The notes beneath the pieces are model-generated. The model was not told where the DNA came from, did not search any database, and saw only the letters and a list, made by a program, of their open reading frames with translations. From the sequence record DRR723986_4994: 64,000 nucleotides of DNA; one strand, written 5' to 3'. Made by a program: the position numbers and the translations under genes. Of the stretch, positions 16,694 to 26,683 are shown piece after piece. Position 1 is the stretch's first letter. Each line of letters begins with the position of its first letter.

Positions 16694-18586
16694 ATGGCAA
16701 CAAAAGGAACGGTAAACGTCCAGACGGAGAATATTTTTCCATTGATCAAAAAATTCTTGTACAGCGATCATGAGATCTTTTTACGAGAGTTGGTTTCTAA
16801 TGGGGTAGATGCAACCAGCAAGTTGAAAGTTTTGTCAACTTCTGGAGAAGTAAAAGGAGATTTAGGAGATCTAACTGTTGAGATTATTTTAGATAAAGAT
16901 GCTGGAACCTTAACTGTAAAGGATAAGGGGATAGGGATGACGGAAGAAGAAATTCAGAAGTACATCAATCAAATTGCTTTTTCAGGAGCAGAGGAATTCG
17001 TTAAAAAATACGAAGGAAAAGATGGAGCTGAGCAAATTATTGGACACTTCGGGTTAGGATTTTATTCAGCCTTTATGGTAGCGTCTAAAGTTCAAATTAA
17101 AACATTGAGTTTTCAAGAGGGAGCTCAAGCGGTAATGTGGGAGAGTGATGGTACGCCTGAATTTGAAATTTCAGATATTGATAAATCAGACCGTGGAACC
17201 GAGATCGTATTACATATTGCAGAAGATTCTGTTGAATTCTTAGAGAAATCTAGAATTGAGGGGATTTTGAATAAGTACTGTAAATTCTTACCAGTTGAAA
17301 TCAAATTTGGAACGAGGACAGAATCTATAGAAGATCCTTCTGGAGAAAAAGATGAGAATGATAAGGTAAAGAGAATTGACCAAGAGGTCGATAATATCAT
17401 CAACAATCCATCACCGGCTTGGATTAAAGCACCTTCAGATTTAACGGATGAAGAGTACAAGGCATTTTACAGAGAGTTATATCCTATGACTTTTGACGAG
17501 CCTTTGTTTCACATTCATTTGAATGTTGATTATCCTTTCAATTTAACTGGAATCTTGTATTTCCCTAAGTTGAAAGAAACAATGGAAGTGCAAAAAAATA
17601 AGATTCAATTATATTCAAATCAGGTATTCATTACAGATTCTGTTGAGGAGATTGTTCCTGAGTTCTTGACGCTTTTACATGGTGTGATTGATTCTCCAGA
17701 CATTCCTTTAAATGTTTCTAGATCATATCTTCAGGCAGATGGTAATGTGAAAAAAATATCTTCGCATATCACGAAAAAAGTGGCAGATAAATTGGCCGGA
17801 ATGTTTAAAAACGACCGCGAAGATTTTGAAGCAAAATGGGATGATTTAAAAGTGTTTGTTGAATATGGAATGCTCACTGAAGATAAGTTTTACGATAAGG
17901 CTGAAAAGTTCGCTTTATTGAAAAACACAGAAGGCGTTGCAATGACCATTGCTGATTATATCGAGAAGATTAAGCCGATTCAAACTGATAAGAATGATAA
18001 AACGGTGGTGTTGTATGCGCACAGTAAAGACATGCATCATTCATTCATTGAAAACGCAGTTGAAAGAGGTTATGATGTGTTAATTATGGACAGTCCATTG
18101 ACGCCTCATTACATTCAAAAATTAGAGTCTAAATTGGACAATGTTTCATTTGCCAGAGTTGACTCTGATACACTAGATAACCTCATTGCAAAAGATGAAG
18201 AAATTCCATCAAAACTATCAGAAGAAGAAACAGAGAAATTGAAGCCAATTTTCGAAGAAGTGGCGCCAAAAGAAAAATTCCATGTTTCGTTTGAAAGTAT
18301 GAGTGAAAAAGAATCACCTATTGTCATTACTCAACCAGAGTTTATGCGAAGAATGCAAGAGCAGCAGCGCATGGGCGGCGGTGGAATGATGGGGTCGTTT
18401 CCTGAAATGTACGACCTCAAGGTGAATACCAATCATCCACTTGTAGGTGCGATCTTAAAAAAACAAAAAGACAACAAAACAAAAACCGCGAAACAATTGA
18501 TGGACTTAGCTATGCTGTCACAAGGCATGCTTAAAGGTGAAGAGCTCACCAAGTTTATCAAACGTTCTGTCGAATTGATGAAATAA
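16694..18586 (+). CDS. htpG: Hsp90 chaperone HtpG
   Basis: LYSDHEIFLRELVSN, DKGIGMT, IGHFGLGFYSAF, DIPLNVSRS. Confidence 0.97.
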   Translation: MATKGTVNVQTENIFPLIKKFLYSDHEIFLRELVSNGVDATSKLKVLSTSGEVKGDLGDLTVEIILDKDAGTLTVKDKGIGMTEEEIQKYINQIAFSGAEEFVKKYEGKDGAEQIIGHFGLGFYSAFMVASKVQIKTLSFQEGAQAVMWESDGTPEFEISDIDKSDRGTEIVLHIAEDSVEFLEKSRIEGILNKYCKFLPVEIKFGTRTESIEDPSGEKDENDKVKRIDQEVDNIINNPSPAWIKAPSDLTDEEYKAFYRELYPMTFDEPLFHIHLNVDYPFNLTGILYFPKLKETMEVQKNKIQLYSNQVFITDSVEEIVPEFLTLLHGVIDSPDIPLNVSRSYLQADGNVKKISSHITKKVADKLAGMFKNDREDFEAKWDDLKVFVEYGMLTEDKFYDKAEKFALLKNTEGVAMTIADYIEKIKPIQTDKNDKTVVLYAHSKDMHHSFIENAVERGYDVLIMDSPLTPHYIQKLESKLDNVSFARVDSDTLDNLIAKDEEIPSKLSEEETEKLKPIFEEVAPKEKFHVSFESMSEKESPIVITQPEFMRRMQEQQRMGGGGMMGSFPEMYDLKVNTNHPLVGAILKKQKDNKTKTAKQLMDLAMLSQGMLKGEELTKFIKRSVELMK

Positions 18587-18588
18587 AT

Positions 18589-18619
18589 AAAAGCCCTCTT
18601 AGCTTAAGAGGGCTTTTTT
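18589..18619. terminator. Bidirectional intrinsic terminator
   Basis: AAAAGCCCTCTTA-gct-TAAGAGGGCTTTT between convergent genes. Confidence 0.85.
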
Positions 18620-18983
18620 ATGCCTTGAATTTGTGTTGAAGTAAACCAAATGTCAGCACAATGAATGCAATTGCAGCGATCAATGATAGTGCTCCTAAGC
18701 TAAAAGGAACGGGTCTCAGAATTATAAGTGTGATGCTGGCTAAGACCCAGGTGAAATCTGCGAGAATAATTCCGTTAACGAATAGCCGAGAACGGGTTCT
18801 TTGAGTGGCTACAAATAGCACAAATACAGCAAAAACAAGTAGCCCAAACCCCAAAATAGAAAGGATACTAGTATTTTCAACAGTCAAAAAGTTTGACAAT
18901 TTTGATGGAAAAAGCGTGCACATCAGCCCTGTGATAAGAGAGAATAGTGCATTAGCAATCAATACAATTTTTAGATTTTTCAT
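18618..18983 (-). CDS. Small four-TM membrane protein
   Basis: LIANALFSLITG...GLLVFA...ADFTWV...FGLLQ; coupled to the SRPBCC gene. Confidence 0.75.
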   Translation of the reverse strand: MKNLKIVLIANALFSLITGLMCTLFPSKLSNFLTVENTSILSILGFGLLVFAVFVLFVATQRTRSRLFVNGIILADFTWVLASITLIILRPVPFSLGALSLIAAIAFIVLTFGLLQHKFKA

Positions 18984-19411
18984 TGTTCAACTTCTTTTTT
19001 AAGTGCTGAATTCATAGCATTGAATCCCTTTATCGTATCTGTTTTGATCATTTTCAAGATTAATCCAGATAGAATTCCACTGAATTTTTCGCCATGTATT
19101 AAGCGCGTTTCATTCTCTGATATTTTAGTCAATTTGAAATAATGTTCTCCATCAAATAAACCCTTGATCAAGAATTTGCCCTTCCATCTAAATTCCTTTG
19201 CTGGATCCACAATTAACACTTTAGGTTTAAAGTGCTGTGGTTTTTTATCTCCGATAATTATACTCGTATTGATATAATTGTCTTTAATTGCTCCACCTGA
19301 AATTGAAATTACGAAAGGGTTCCAATTCGGGTACGAGTTAAAATCCATCAGTTTATTCCAAACGGTTTGAACATCTTTATTAATTGAGATACTTGTTTCT
19401 AATTGTTTCAT
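18980..19411 (-). CDS. SRPBCC/START-domain protein
   Basis: Start MKQLETSISI; VWNKLMDFNSYPNWNPF, FDGEHYF, GFNAMNSALK. Confidence 0.85.
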   Translation of the reverse strand: MKQLETSISINKDVQTVWNKLMDFNSYPNWNPFVISISGGAIKDNYINTSIIIGDKKPQHFKPKVLIVDPAKEFRWKGKFLIKGLFDGEHYFKLTKISENETRLIHGEKFSGILSGLILKMIKTDTIKGFNAMNSALKKEVEQ

Positions 19412-19464
19412 TTTTCCTGTTTTTATGATACAAATATCAGCAGGGATGTTAGTTATTTGCTTAG

Positions 19465-19499
19465 CATTAGCTGCCAAAAACTTGTCATTTGCTGCCAAA
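19465..19499. promoter_or_regulatory. Putative AraC/XylS-type operator (direct repeats 21 bp apart)
   Basis: CATTAGCTGCCAAA (19465) and CATTTGCTGCCAAA (19486) lie between the divergent AraC and SRPBCC genes. Confidence 0.6.
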
Positions 19500-19514
19500 T
19501 GAGTAATTTCACAT

Positions 19515-20522
19515 ATGGATTTTAGTGGTCGTTTTTTATTGAGTATGATTCAGTTCGCGGCTGTTCGCGGATCTGATCAAGAGCAATTAATAACCATGTC
19601 AGGTCATGATTTGGCTTATCTTTCAGATGAAGAAAATCGGATTTCACCAGCTGTTTACAACCGAATTATTGAGCACTGCGTTGATACTACTCAAGATAAT
19701 TTTTTTGGTCTACACGCAGGGGAATACCTTAATCTAGCTGCAGCAGGATTAATTGGGCAGATTTCGCAAACATCTTCAACGGTAAAAGAAGCTTTGGAGT
19801 ATTGCTGTGAATTTGCAGCTTTGGGATGCCAAGCGCTTCCCATGAATCTAGAGCAGACTAAGGAAGGATATCGTTTAGAAGTTATTCCGAATGCCTCATG
19901 GGAAAATGAATCCCCCATTGCTGTTCAACAAACACTAGAAGGAACCATGGCCTTTTTTTTAAGAGAGTTCCATTTTTTAACCATTCAAAAATATTATCCC
20001 TTAGAAGTTGGGTTTAAGTATCCTCAAGAAAACAGGAATGAAGAACTGGAGCGCGTGTTTAAGTGCCCAATTCGTCATAATCAGTCAGTGTCCTATATGC
20101 TGTTATCAGCTGAACAAGTTGAAGCAAAAATTATCACCAGTGATTTTAAATTACTTAGAATTCTTGTTGAGCATGCTGAGGCAAAACTAGAGAAGATGAG
20201 CGGTGATGAAGGCATCTATCATCAAGTAAGAAAAGCGATTCTAAATTTATCCGAGCCATGTTTTCCAACAATTGAAACAGTTGCAGCCAATATGAATGTG
20301 AGCGTCAGAAGCCTCCAAAGAAAATTGGCGGTGGAATCAACAACCTATAAAGAAGTGATTGACGACTTAAGAAAAGAAATGGCCTTGAAATATTTAGATC
20401 AAAACGCTCTAAATGTGCAAGAGGTTTCTGATTTGTTGGGTTATGCTGATGTCAGTTCTTTTAGTCGATCGTTTAAAAAATGGACAAATCTCAGTCCCCG
20501 AGCTTATCGTCAAGCGAATTAA
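19515..20522 (+). CDS. AraC-family transcriptional regulator (Arabinose_bd_2/OruR-like N-terminus)
   Basis: C-terminal double HTH: VAANMNVSVRSLQRKL...VSDLLGYADVSSFSRSFKKWTNLSP. Confidence 0.92.
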   Translation: MDFSGRFLLSMIQFAAVRGSDQEQLITMSGHDLAYLSDEENRISPAVYNRIIEHCVDTTQDNFFGLHAGEYLNLAAAGLIGQISQTSSTVKEALEYCCEFAALGCQALPMNLEQTKEGYRLEVIPNASWENESPIAVQQTLEGTMAFFLREFHFLTIQKYYPLEVGFKYPQENRNEELERVFKCPIRHNQSVSYMLLSAEQVEAKIITSDFKLLRILVEHAEAKLEKMSGDEGIYHQVRKAILNLSEPCFPTIETVAANMNVSVRSLQRKLAVESTTYKEVIDDLRKEMALKYLDQNALNVQEVSDLLGYADVSSFSRSFKKWTNLSPRAYRQAN

Positions 20523-21572
20523 TTATTTCTTTGACCTCACTGTCACTTCAATGATAAAGCTCCCACTTGTTAATCCTTCTGCTCCGGCAATACCTATAAC
20601 CACACGGTAAGGATTATTGATAGAGTTCAGTTTAACTGTTCTCGTATGATCTTGTGTTTTACCTTTTTTAGGTCTGTCCCATTTATGGTCAGCTTCGCAT
20701 GAAACACATCTTGCCAATTCTGGTGGATACGCATTACTTGTTGTTCCATCCTGATAGGCGTATAGGCTCATGTTTTGTTTTGGATCACTCGGAATTAATT
20801 TAATTTCCATGTCGGCATATCGTGGCAATTCAGTCACAAAAAAGATGTGATTACCATTGAATTTTAAATTTTGAGTAGCTGGCCAACAAGCGTTACTGCT
20901 TGAGGCTGCCCAGCTCAGATCGTTTATTTTACAACCGTCTTTTAAATCTCCAGAGTAGCTTAACTTTTTTCCTACTTCTACTTCAAATCCATACTTTTTT
21001 AATGGTTGTTGAGCATCTGTATTCTCAACTCGTGACTTCAAATCAATTTCAATGGTATAGTCACCTTCAGTTAAGCCTTCAGGGCCAGTTACGCCAACAA
21101 AAATGTTGTACGAGTTGGTGGTTGAATTGAACCAAATTGATCTGGTGTGGTCTTGTGTTTTTCCTTTTTTAGGATAATCCCATTTGTGATCAGCCTCACA
21201 AGAAACGCATGAAGATAGGTTAGGAGGAGTGCTATAATTAGTCGTTCCGACTTGATATCCGTATAAGCTGAAATTTGCACTTTTATCTTTCGGAATTAGT
21301 TTAACTGTCACTTCAGAATATTTTGGAATTTCGAACATATGTAATCTATGATTTCCTCTAAATTTCGAATTTTGAGTGCCGGGGAAACAGGCTACTGAAC
21401 TATTATCGGCCCAGTCTAAATCTGCCATTTTGAAACCATTCTTCAAATTATCAGAGTAAGTAGTGACTTTATTTGGAGTGGCTTTGATCTCTTGAACGTT
21501 GTCTGGAACTTGCCCAAAACTGGTCAGGTTAGACATCAATAAAACGGCACAAACGATTAGGAATTTTTTCAT
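20523..21572 (-). CDS. Secreted protein composed of two tandem copies of an uncharacterised ~160-aa domain
   Basis: Signal peptide; the two halves align (DLxWA..SS.AC.P.TQN.KF.GNH ... CVSCEADHKWDxPKKGKTQDHTR ... EGLT.G). Confidence 0.75.
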   Translation of the reverse strand: MKKFLIVCAVLLMSNLTSFGQVPDNVQEIKATPNKVTTYSDNLKNGFKMADLDWADNSSVACFPGTQNSKFRGNHRLHMFEIPKYSEVTVKLIPKDKSANFSLYGYQVGTTNYSTPPNLSSCVSCEADHKWDYPKKGKTQDHTRSIWFNSTTNSYNIFVGVTGPEGLTEGDYTIEIDLKSRVENTDAQQPLKKYGFEVEVGKKLSYSGDLKDGCKINDLSWAASSSNACWPATQNLKFNGNHIFFVTELPRYADMEIKLIPSDPKQNMSLYAYQDGTTSNAYPPELARCVSCEADHKWDRPKKGKTQDHTRTVKLNSINNPYRVVIGIAGAEGLTSGSFIIEVTVRSKK

Positions 21573-21651
21573 AGCATTACATTATTTCTGATTAAATATA
21601 ATAATTAATGCCTATACGACAGGTGGTAATTTGTCTGTAGAAACTTAAGAC

Positions 21652-22323
21652 CTAATTCGTTGGTTCATTTCTTCTTTGTTTCTCTTTGAGTTTTTTGCCG
21701 TGTCGGTAAACTTCAGTTTTTATCAGTTTACCATCCTCATTATAATATTTTAATTTACCATGAGATTTATTATTCACAATTCCACCAATAAAGGATAATT
21801 GTCCGTTTCTATGCCATCTTTTTTGAATTTCTTGAGTAATCTCACAACGTTTCTGTCCGTTTTCGTAATACATATGTACTTCTAACGTGTATGATTTACC
21901 TGGTTTTTCGATATCCCAACTTTTTAATACGCCGTTTCTGTGCCAGCGATAGCTTGTATCTAGTAAATGTCCTTGTTCGTAATAAATTTTAGATTCTAAT
22001 TGTCCGTTGTCATACCATCTTAAAGAAAGCCCATCTCTTTTTCCGTATTCGTAGTTTGTTATTTCTTTTAATTCCCCATTATTGTGGTATTGGCGGAATT
22101 CACCATGAGTTTTGCCTTTATAAATAGAGATAGTTTGTGAAAAATGACTACTACCATAGGGGTAAGTCATAACTCCAGTAAAAGGTTTGTCTTTGTAAAA
22201 ATACATGCGAGTTGAACTGATTTTACCTGGTAGGATGATATCAATTTCATTGTAATCAATGGTGTCTTGACTATGTCCTATAAAGGACATGATCACAACA
22301 ATTATACAAACTGTGGTCTTCAT
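21652..22323 (-). CDS. MORN_2-repeat (YwqK-like) secreted protein
   Basis: Repeated YHNNGELK / WYDNGQLE / WHRNGVLK / YYENGQKR / WHRNGQLS units. Confidence 0.8.
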   Translation of the reverse strand: MKTTVCIIVVIMSFIGHSQDTIDYNEIDIILPGKISSTRMYFYKDKPFTGVMTYPYGSSHFSQTISIYKGKTHGEFRQYHNNGELKEITNYEYGKRDGLSLRWYDNGQLESKIYYEQGHLLDTSYRWHRNGVLKSWDIEKPGKSYTLEVHMYYENGQKRCEITQEIQKRWHRNGQLSFIGGIVNNKSHGKLKYYNEDGKLIKTEVYRHGKKLKEKQRRNEPTN

Positions 22324-22389
22324 ATCATAAAGATATTACAGCTCAGCATGAATACGAAACGGCGTTTATTATTTGCCGGCATTTAATTA

Positions 22390-22791
22390 TTAATTTTTAA
22401 AATGAAGGTCTACATTTCGAACACCATTATTTGGCTTTTTACCAGATAATCCTGAATATATTTTCCATTGGTTGGATAGGGTGGTTCCTTGACATTTGAA
22501 ATAAATATGAATGGTTTCTTCGTTGTATTTTTCCTCTAATCCATTCCATTGATTTGTTGGTATTCCAGATTTACATGGAATCGTCCAATTGATTTTTATT
22601 TTAAATCGACCTTTTGAATCAGTCATATAATCAGTGCTCTCACCGTTATGTTGAACAGTAATTAGTGCATCTGACAGAATAGTTTTTGCTGCGCTATAGG
22701 CTGTTCCTTCAATAAAATAGTGACCCGCGGCGCCTTTGGCGAAAACAGAAAAAGAAATGGAGACTGCTAATAGAACGATAAGTGATTTCAT
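22390..22791 (-). CDS. Hypothetical secreted protein (carboxypeptidase-regulatory-like beta fold possible)
   Basis: Signal peptide; IEGTAY...DALITV...TDSKGRFKI pattern. Confidence 0.6.
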   Translation of the reverse strand: MKSLIVLLAVSISFSVFAKGAAGHYFIEGTAYSAAKTILSDALITVQHNGESTDYMTDSKGRFKIKINWTIPCKSGIPTNQWNGLEEKYNEETIHIYFKCQGTTLSNQWKIYSGLSGKKPNNGVRNVDLHFKN

Positions 22792-22833
22792 GGTTTTATT
22801 TTATTGTAAAACCAAGCTACAAAAACGTTCAAT

Positions 22834-23877
22834 TTAATTTACCCGCCCTACTGGTGTAGTTTTACCATCTAAGAACGGATTTTTATTCGTAAATCTCAAG
22901 GATAATTCTAAACCTCCACGAGCATTAGTTGCTGGCTTGAGGCCGGAGATATTGAAGTCATAACTGGCGCCTATTGCGAATTGGTGGAACTCAAATAATA
23001 CCTGAGCTGAAATGGCGTCACGTGCTCTCAAATATCCGCCTAATGAAATTGCTGTTCCGCTCTTAGCGCCGGTATATTTACTGTCTTGTTGTAATTTGAT
23101 TCTGAATAAGGTTCCAATCAACAATTCTTTTGCTTTTCCTTGAGAATAAATCATGAATCCTGGCAGCCAGGCGAACCGCGTATCCGCGACAGAAATCACA
23201 CCGTTACCATGGAGTACGAATTTCATGTATAATCGTTGATTCGTATTGTCAAAAGTATATTTTGGTCTACTCAAATGATGGACAGCAAAGCCAAGATTGA
23301 ATTTCTTTTGGTGGTTGTCGGTCACATTAATGTATCCATCTTGATTATTGAATGACCAAATTATTCCGGCAGCATAGTCTCCATAGCTGAATGCCGAATT
23401 TATTTGGGTTTCACCAGAATTCAAGGTAGGATCATAGCTGCTACCATTGTATTGATTTCCCCAGGTAAGACTGGAATAATCAAGTGTTCTTTGTCTAAAT
23501 CCTGCCATAACACCTGCTCCTAACGTTTGATGCTTTCCAACGCGTAGATGATAGGCTAATCCTAAATTAGCACCTACTGTGCCCATTTTAGAATCACCAG
23601 CAAAATCTGAAATGAAGTTCAGGCCTGCAGCAAAGAAACCTCTATCACTGTTTTTACGGTTGATTTTCGAGTCGGCAGAGGCACCAAAGGTTTTATACGG
23701 TGAACCGATTTGACGCCATTGATCTTTATAATTGACATTGACCGAAAAGTCATACATTATTCCAGCTAAGGCCGGGTTTTGAGTCAATGGCTGCGTTTGA
23801 AACTGCGAAAAATGGATGTCTTGGGCATTTGCAAAAAGTCCCGAAACACAAGCTATACTGAATAAAATCTTTTTCAT
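22834..23877 (-). CDS. T9SS PorP/SprF-family outer membrane protein
   Basis: AQDIHFSQF..QPLTQNPALAG, NYKDQW, IGASYDFNISGL, GGLELSL. Confidence 0.9.
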   Translation of the reverse strand: MKKILFSIACVSGLFANAQDIHFSQFQTQPLTQNPALAGIMYDFSVNVNYKDQWRQIGSPYKTFGASADSKINRKNSDRGFFAAGLNFISDFAGDSKMGTVGANLGLAYHLRVGKHQTLGAGVMAGFRQRTLDYSSLTWGNQYNGSSYDPTLNSGETQINSAFSYGDYAAGIIWSFNNQDGYINVTDNHQKKFNLGFAVHHLSRPKYTFDNTNQRLYMKFVLHGNGVISVADTRFAWLPGFMIYSQGKAKELLIGTLFRIKLQQDSKYTGAKSGTAISLGGYLRARDAISAQVLFEFHQFAIGASYDFNISGLKPATNARGGLELSLRFTNKNPFLDGKTTPVGRVN

Positions 23878-23887
23878 TGTTCTTGTA

Positions 23888-26521
23888 TTATCGGATTAAT
23901 GAAATGTTTCCTTTTTGTGAAATTGCTTCCCCTGTAATCAGAATTCCTTCAAGGCGATAAACAAAAACCGCCGAATTTAGATCCTTGCCTTTCCACGTTC
24001 CGTCCCAACAAATGCTCATGTCAGAAGTTTCAAAAACTTTTTCACCCCAGCGATTATAAATAGTGAAAACAAACGTTTCTATGCAATCTGAATACAGGCA
24101 TTCTAAATCATTTTCACCATCATTATTAGGGGAGAATGCTGTTGGAACGAAGATTTCTCCACAAATTATCTCAATACTTACCTTGACACAGGCTGAGTCT
24201 TGACAACCTGAAGAATCTGTCACAATTGCACAGTATTCAGTTTCAACTGGTGGGCATGCGATAGGATCCTGACAATCAAAGCAGGTTAACTCATAGTCTG
24301 GTGTCCAAGTATAAGAAGATCCACCCCAAGCATCTAATCGAAGGCAATCACCTTTTGTGATCGTTGTATCATCAATTACAGTTGCAGTAGGAGAAGGGAA
24401 CACGTGGACCTCAATTGAGTCTGTGTGTGTACATCCGTTTGCGTCAGTTATCACTACGGTATGCATAGCAGAATCTAATCCAGTTGCAGTTTGAGTTATT
24501 TCTCCTGACGGTGTCCATAAATAGGTGAATGCGCCTGTACCTCCTGATGCATCAACGCTTGCAGAACCTAAGTTTGGTGCACATGCTAGGGTAGTGGATA
24601 AAGTTGCAGTGATGCTAGGTGGTTCAGTTATATCAACTGTTGCACTAACGGTACATCCTCCGTCTACATCTGTCACGTCTACTGTATAAGTTCCAATTGA
24701 TAGTCCTGTAATTCCTTGAGTTGTTTGTGTCGTACTCCAAGCATATGTATAGTTACCAGATCCACCAGTTACATTTGCAGTGGCAGATCCGTCATTACCA
24801 CCTCTACATAAAATATTGGTTGCTGTAATGGTTACTTGAGGATCATAAACATTAATGGTTTGTGCTAAGTCGGTTGCACAGGCACCGCTACCCACTGTAT
24901 ATGTTATAGTTTGTGTTCCGCTTGTTGGATCAAAGGTGCTTCCTGTCATTCCAGTTCCAGACCATGTTCCACCCATATCTCCAGTAATTTGCCCCGTCAA
25001 ATCAATAGGTCCATCAGAAACACACATGTTTAATGTTGTCCACGCAGGGTTTCCACCTGTTGCAACAACAATATCTTGCGTAGAAACTTGTTGGCAAGAC
25101 CCAGATCCTACAGTATAAGTAATGGTTTGTGTTCCTACAGAAGGATCAAAACTTGTTCCGCTAATACCCGTTCCTGACCATGTTCCACCTGCTGTACCCG
25201 AAACAGTAGTTGTTAAATCAACTGGAGCATCTGAAGTACATAATGAAGCGGGAGGTGTCCAAGCTGGGTTTGGATTGCTCACTACCGTAATGTCTTGTAT
25301 TAATTGATCAGTACATGGTGCGGTGCCAACATCATAAGTGATGGTTATAGGGCCTGAAAGTCCGGTAGGGTCAAACATAAAGCCTGAAACTCCTGTTCCA
25401 GACCAAGTTCCACCACCTGTTCCAGTTACCAGGGCGTTTAAATCTATAGGGCCATCTGCTTCACAAATAGCACCAGGGTTAGTCCAAGTGGCATCAGCAG
25501 CGGTTGTGACATTGATCATTTGTGCAAGTGAGGCGTCACAAGGCGCAGTTCCTGCTTGATAGGTCACATTTGAAGAACCAACAGATGGGTCAAACATACT
25601 TCCAGTAACACCAGTACCAGACCATGTACCACCCGCAGTGCCTGTAATCAATGTATTTAAGTCAATCGGAGCATCATTTGAGCAGAGTGCTCCAGGAAGT
25701 GTCCAAGAAGCGTCCGCTGTTGTAATGATGGTTATAGTTTGGGTAGAATCACAAGCGTTAGGGGAGGTGTAAGTAATTGATTGGGTTCCAGCTGATGGGT
25801 CAAAAGTATTCCCAGTTACTCCAGTTCCTGACCAAGTTCCACCTGTATCACCTGTGATTAATAAGTCTAGATTGATCGGAGGATCAGTTGAACATCCAGT
25901 TGTGGTAGTCCACCCAGCGTCACATCCTGCATTTGCTGGAACTGCGTTGAAATCATCAAACCAAATTGAATATTGAGCAGCCCCTCCAGAAACGACTCCA
26001 AAAGTGTGATTTCCAGGAGTTACCGTTACCGTAAAGGTATGCTGAGTCCAGCCAGTATTTGTTGGAACCGGAACGTCAGGTCCTACTTGAGCGCCATCTA
26101 CTTTGAAAGAAAAATGTGAATTGGCTGTGTTTTGTCCAGAAGCTCCCCAACCTTGAGGTCCGCAATAAAAAATGGATAAATCTACGTCTGTTGCAACAGC
26201 AAAATTAACCGGTTGAGCATCAAAATTGTCAAGTCCGGCATAAAAATACATGGTACAGGTTCCGCTATTTGCGCCCAATTGAGGAGAGTAATTTGTTGGT
26301 CCAATACAACCACCCGAAGTTCCAGCTGTAAATATTGGATGAACTCCATCAATTACTCTTCCGGCATCATTACCGCATGTAAAGTTAGTGGCGCAATTAC
26401 AAGTTACTCCGGGAGTGCCCAATTCAAAATCCCCGTTAGGGAAAAGTTGAGCTTTTGATTGCCAGGAAAACAAAGAAAGAATTAGTAAGGCAGCGCCTTT
26501 CAGATGTAGTCGTTTAGTCAT
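23888..26521 (-). CDS. SprB-like repetitive adhesin with type-B T9SS CTD (CHU_C / gliding-motility C-terminal domain)
   Basis: Five GGTWSGTG-containing Cys repeats, two SprB-type repeats (DGSATANVTGGSGNYTYAWS) and CTD FVPTAFSPNNDGEND...IYNRWGEKVF...WDGT. Confidence 0.88.
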   Translation of the reverse strand: MTKRLHLKGAALLILSLFSWQSKAQLFPNGDFELGTPGVTCNCATNFTCGNDAGRVIDGVHPIFTAGTSGGCIGPTNYSPQLGANSGTCTMYFYAGLDNFDAQPVNFAVATDVDLSIFYCGPQGWGASGQNTANSHFSFKVDGAQVGPDVPVPTNTGWTQHTFTVTVTPGNHTFGVVSGGAAQYSIWFDDFNAVPANAGCDAGWTTTTGCSTDPPINLDLLITGDTGGTWSGTGVTGNTFDPSAGTQSITYTSPNACDSTQTITIITTADASWTLPGALCSNDAPIDLNTLITGTAGGTWSGTGVTGSMFDPSVGSSNVTYQAGTAPCDASLAQMINVTTAADATWTNPGAICEADGPIDLNALVTGTGGGTWSGTGVSGFMFDPTGLSGPITITYDVGTAPCTDQLIQDITVVSNPNPAWTPPASLCTSDAPVDLTTTVSGTAGGTWSGTGISGTSFDPSVGTQTITYTVGSGSCQQVSTQDIVVATGGNPAWTTLNMCVSDGPIDLTGQITGDMGGTWSGTGMTGSTFDPTSGTQTITYTVGSGACATDLAQTINVYDPQVTITATNILCRGGNDGSATANVTGGSGNYTYAWSTTQTTQGITGLSIGTYTVDVTDVDGGCTVSATVDITEPPSITATLSTTLACAPNLGSASVDASGGTGAFTYLWTPSGEITQTATGLDSAMHTVVITDANGCTHTDSIEVHVFPSPTATVIDDTTITKGDCLRLDAWGGSSYTWTPDYELTCFDCQDPIACPPVETEYCAIVTDSSGCQDSACVKVSIEIICGEIFVPTAFSPNNDGENDLECLYSDCIETFVFTIYNRWGEKVFETSDMSICWDGTWKGKDLNSAVFVYRLEGILITGEAISQKGNISLIR

Positions 26522-26683
26522 GTGTAGATTTTGGTCTGAACTCCAACTTGATTCAATAATCTATTAAAAAGATGGATTTCTAGGAGTCAATTTACAACAT
26601 TTACAAGAATTCAGAAAATTTGACCGAGTTCGTAAGCCCTATTTGTTTGTTTTCTAACAAGATTCGTCAAAGCGAGTTGATTA

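Noticed and set aside
20523..21572. c-type cytochrome
   Set aside because: The motif is CVSCE, not CxxCH.
21652..22791. Toxin-antitoxin pair based on the YwqK-like label
   Set aside because: The MORN_2 protein has a signal peptide and there is no recognisable toxin neighbour; such repeat proteins are common in Bacteroidota.
24855..25559. Repeated antisense ORFs (VPDHVPP) in the adhesin gene
   Set aside because: Mirror of the GGTWSGT repeats on the coding strand.
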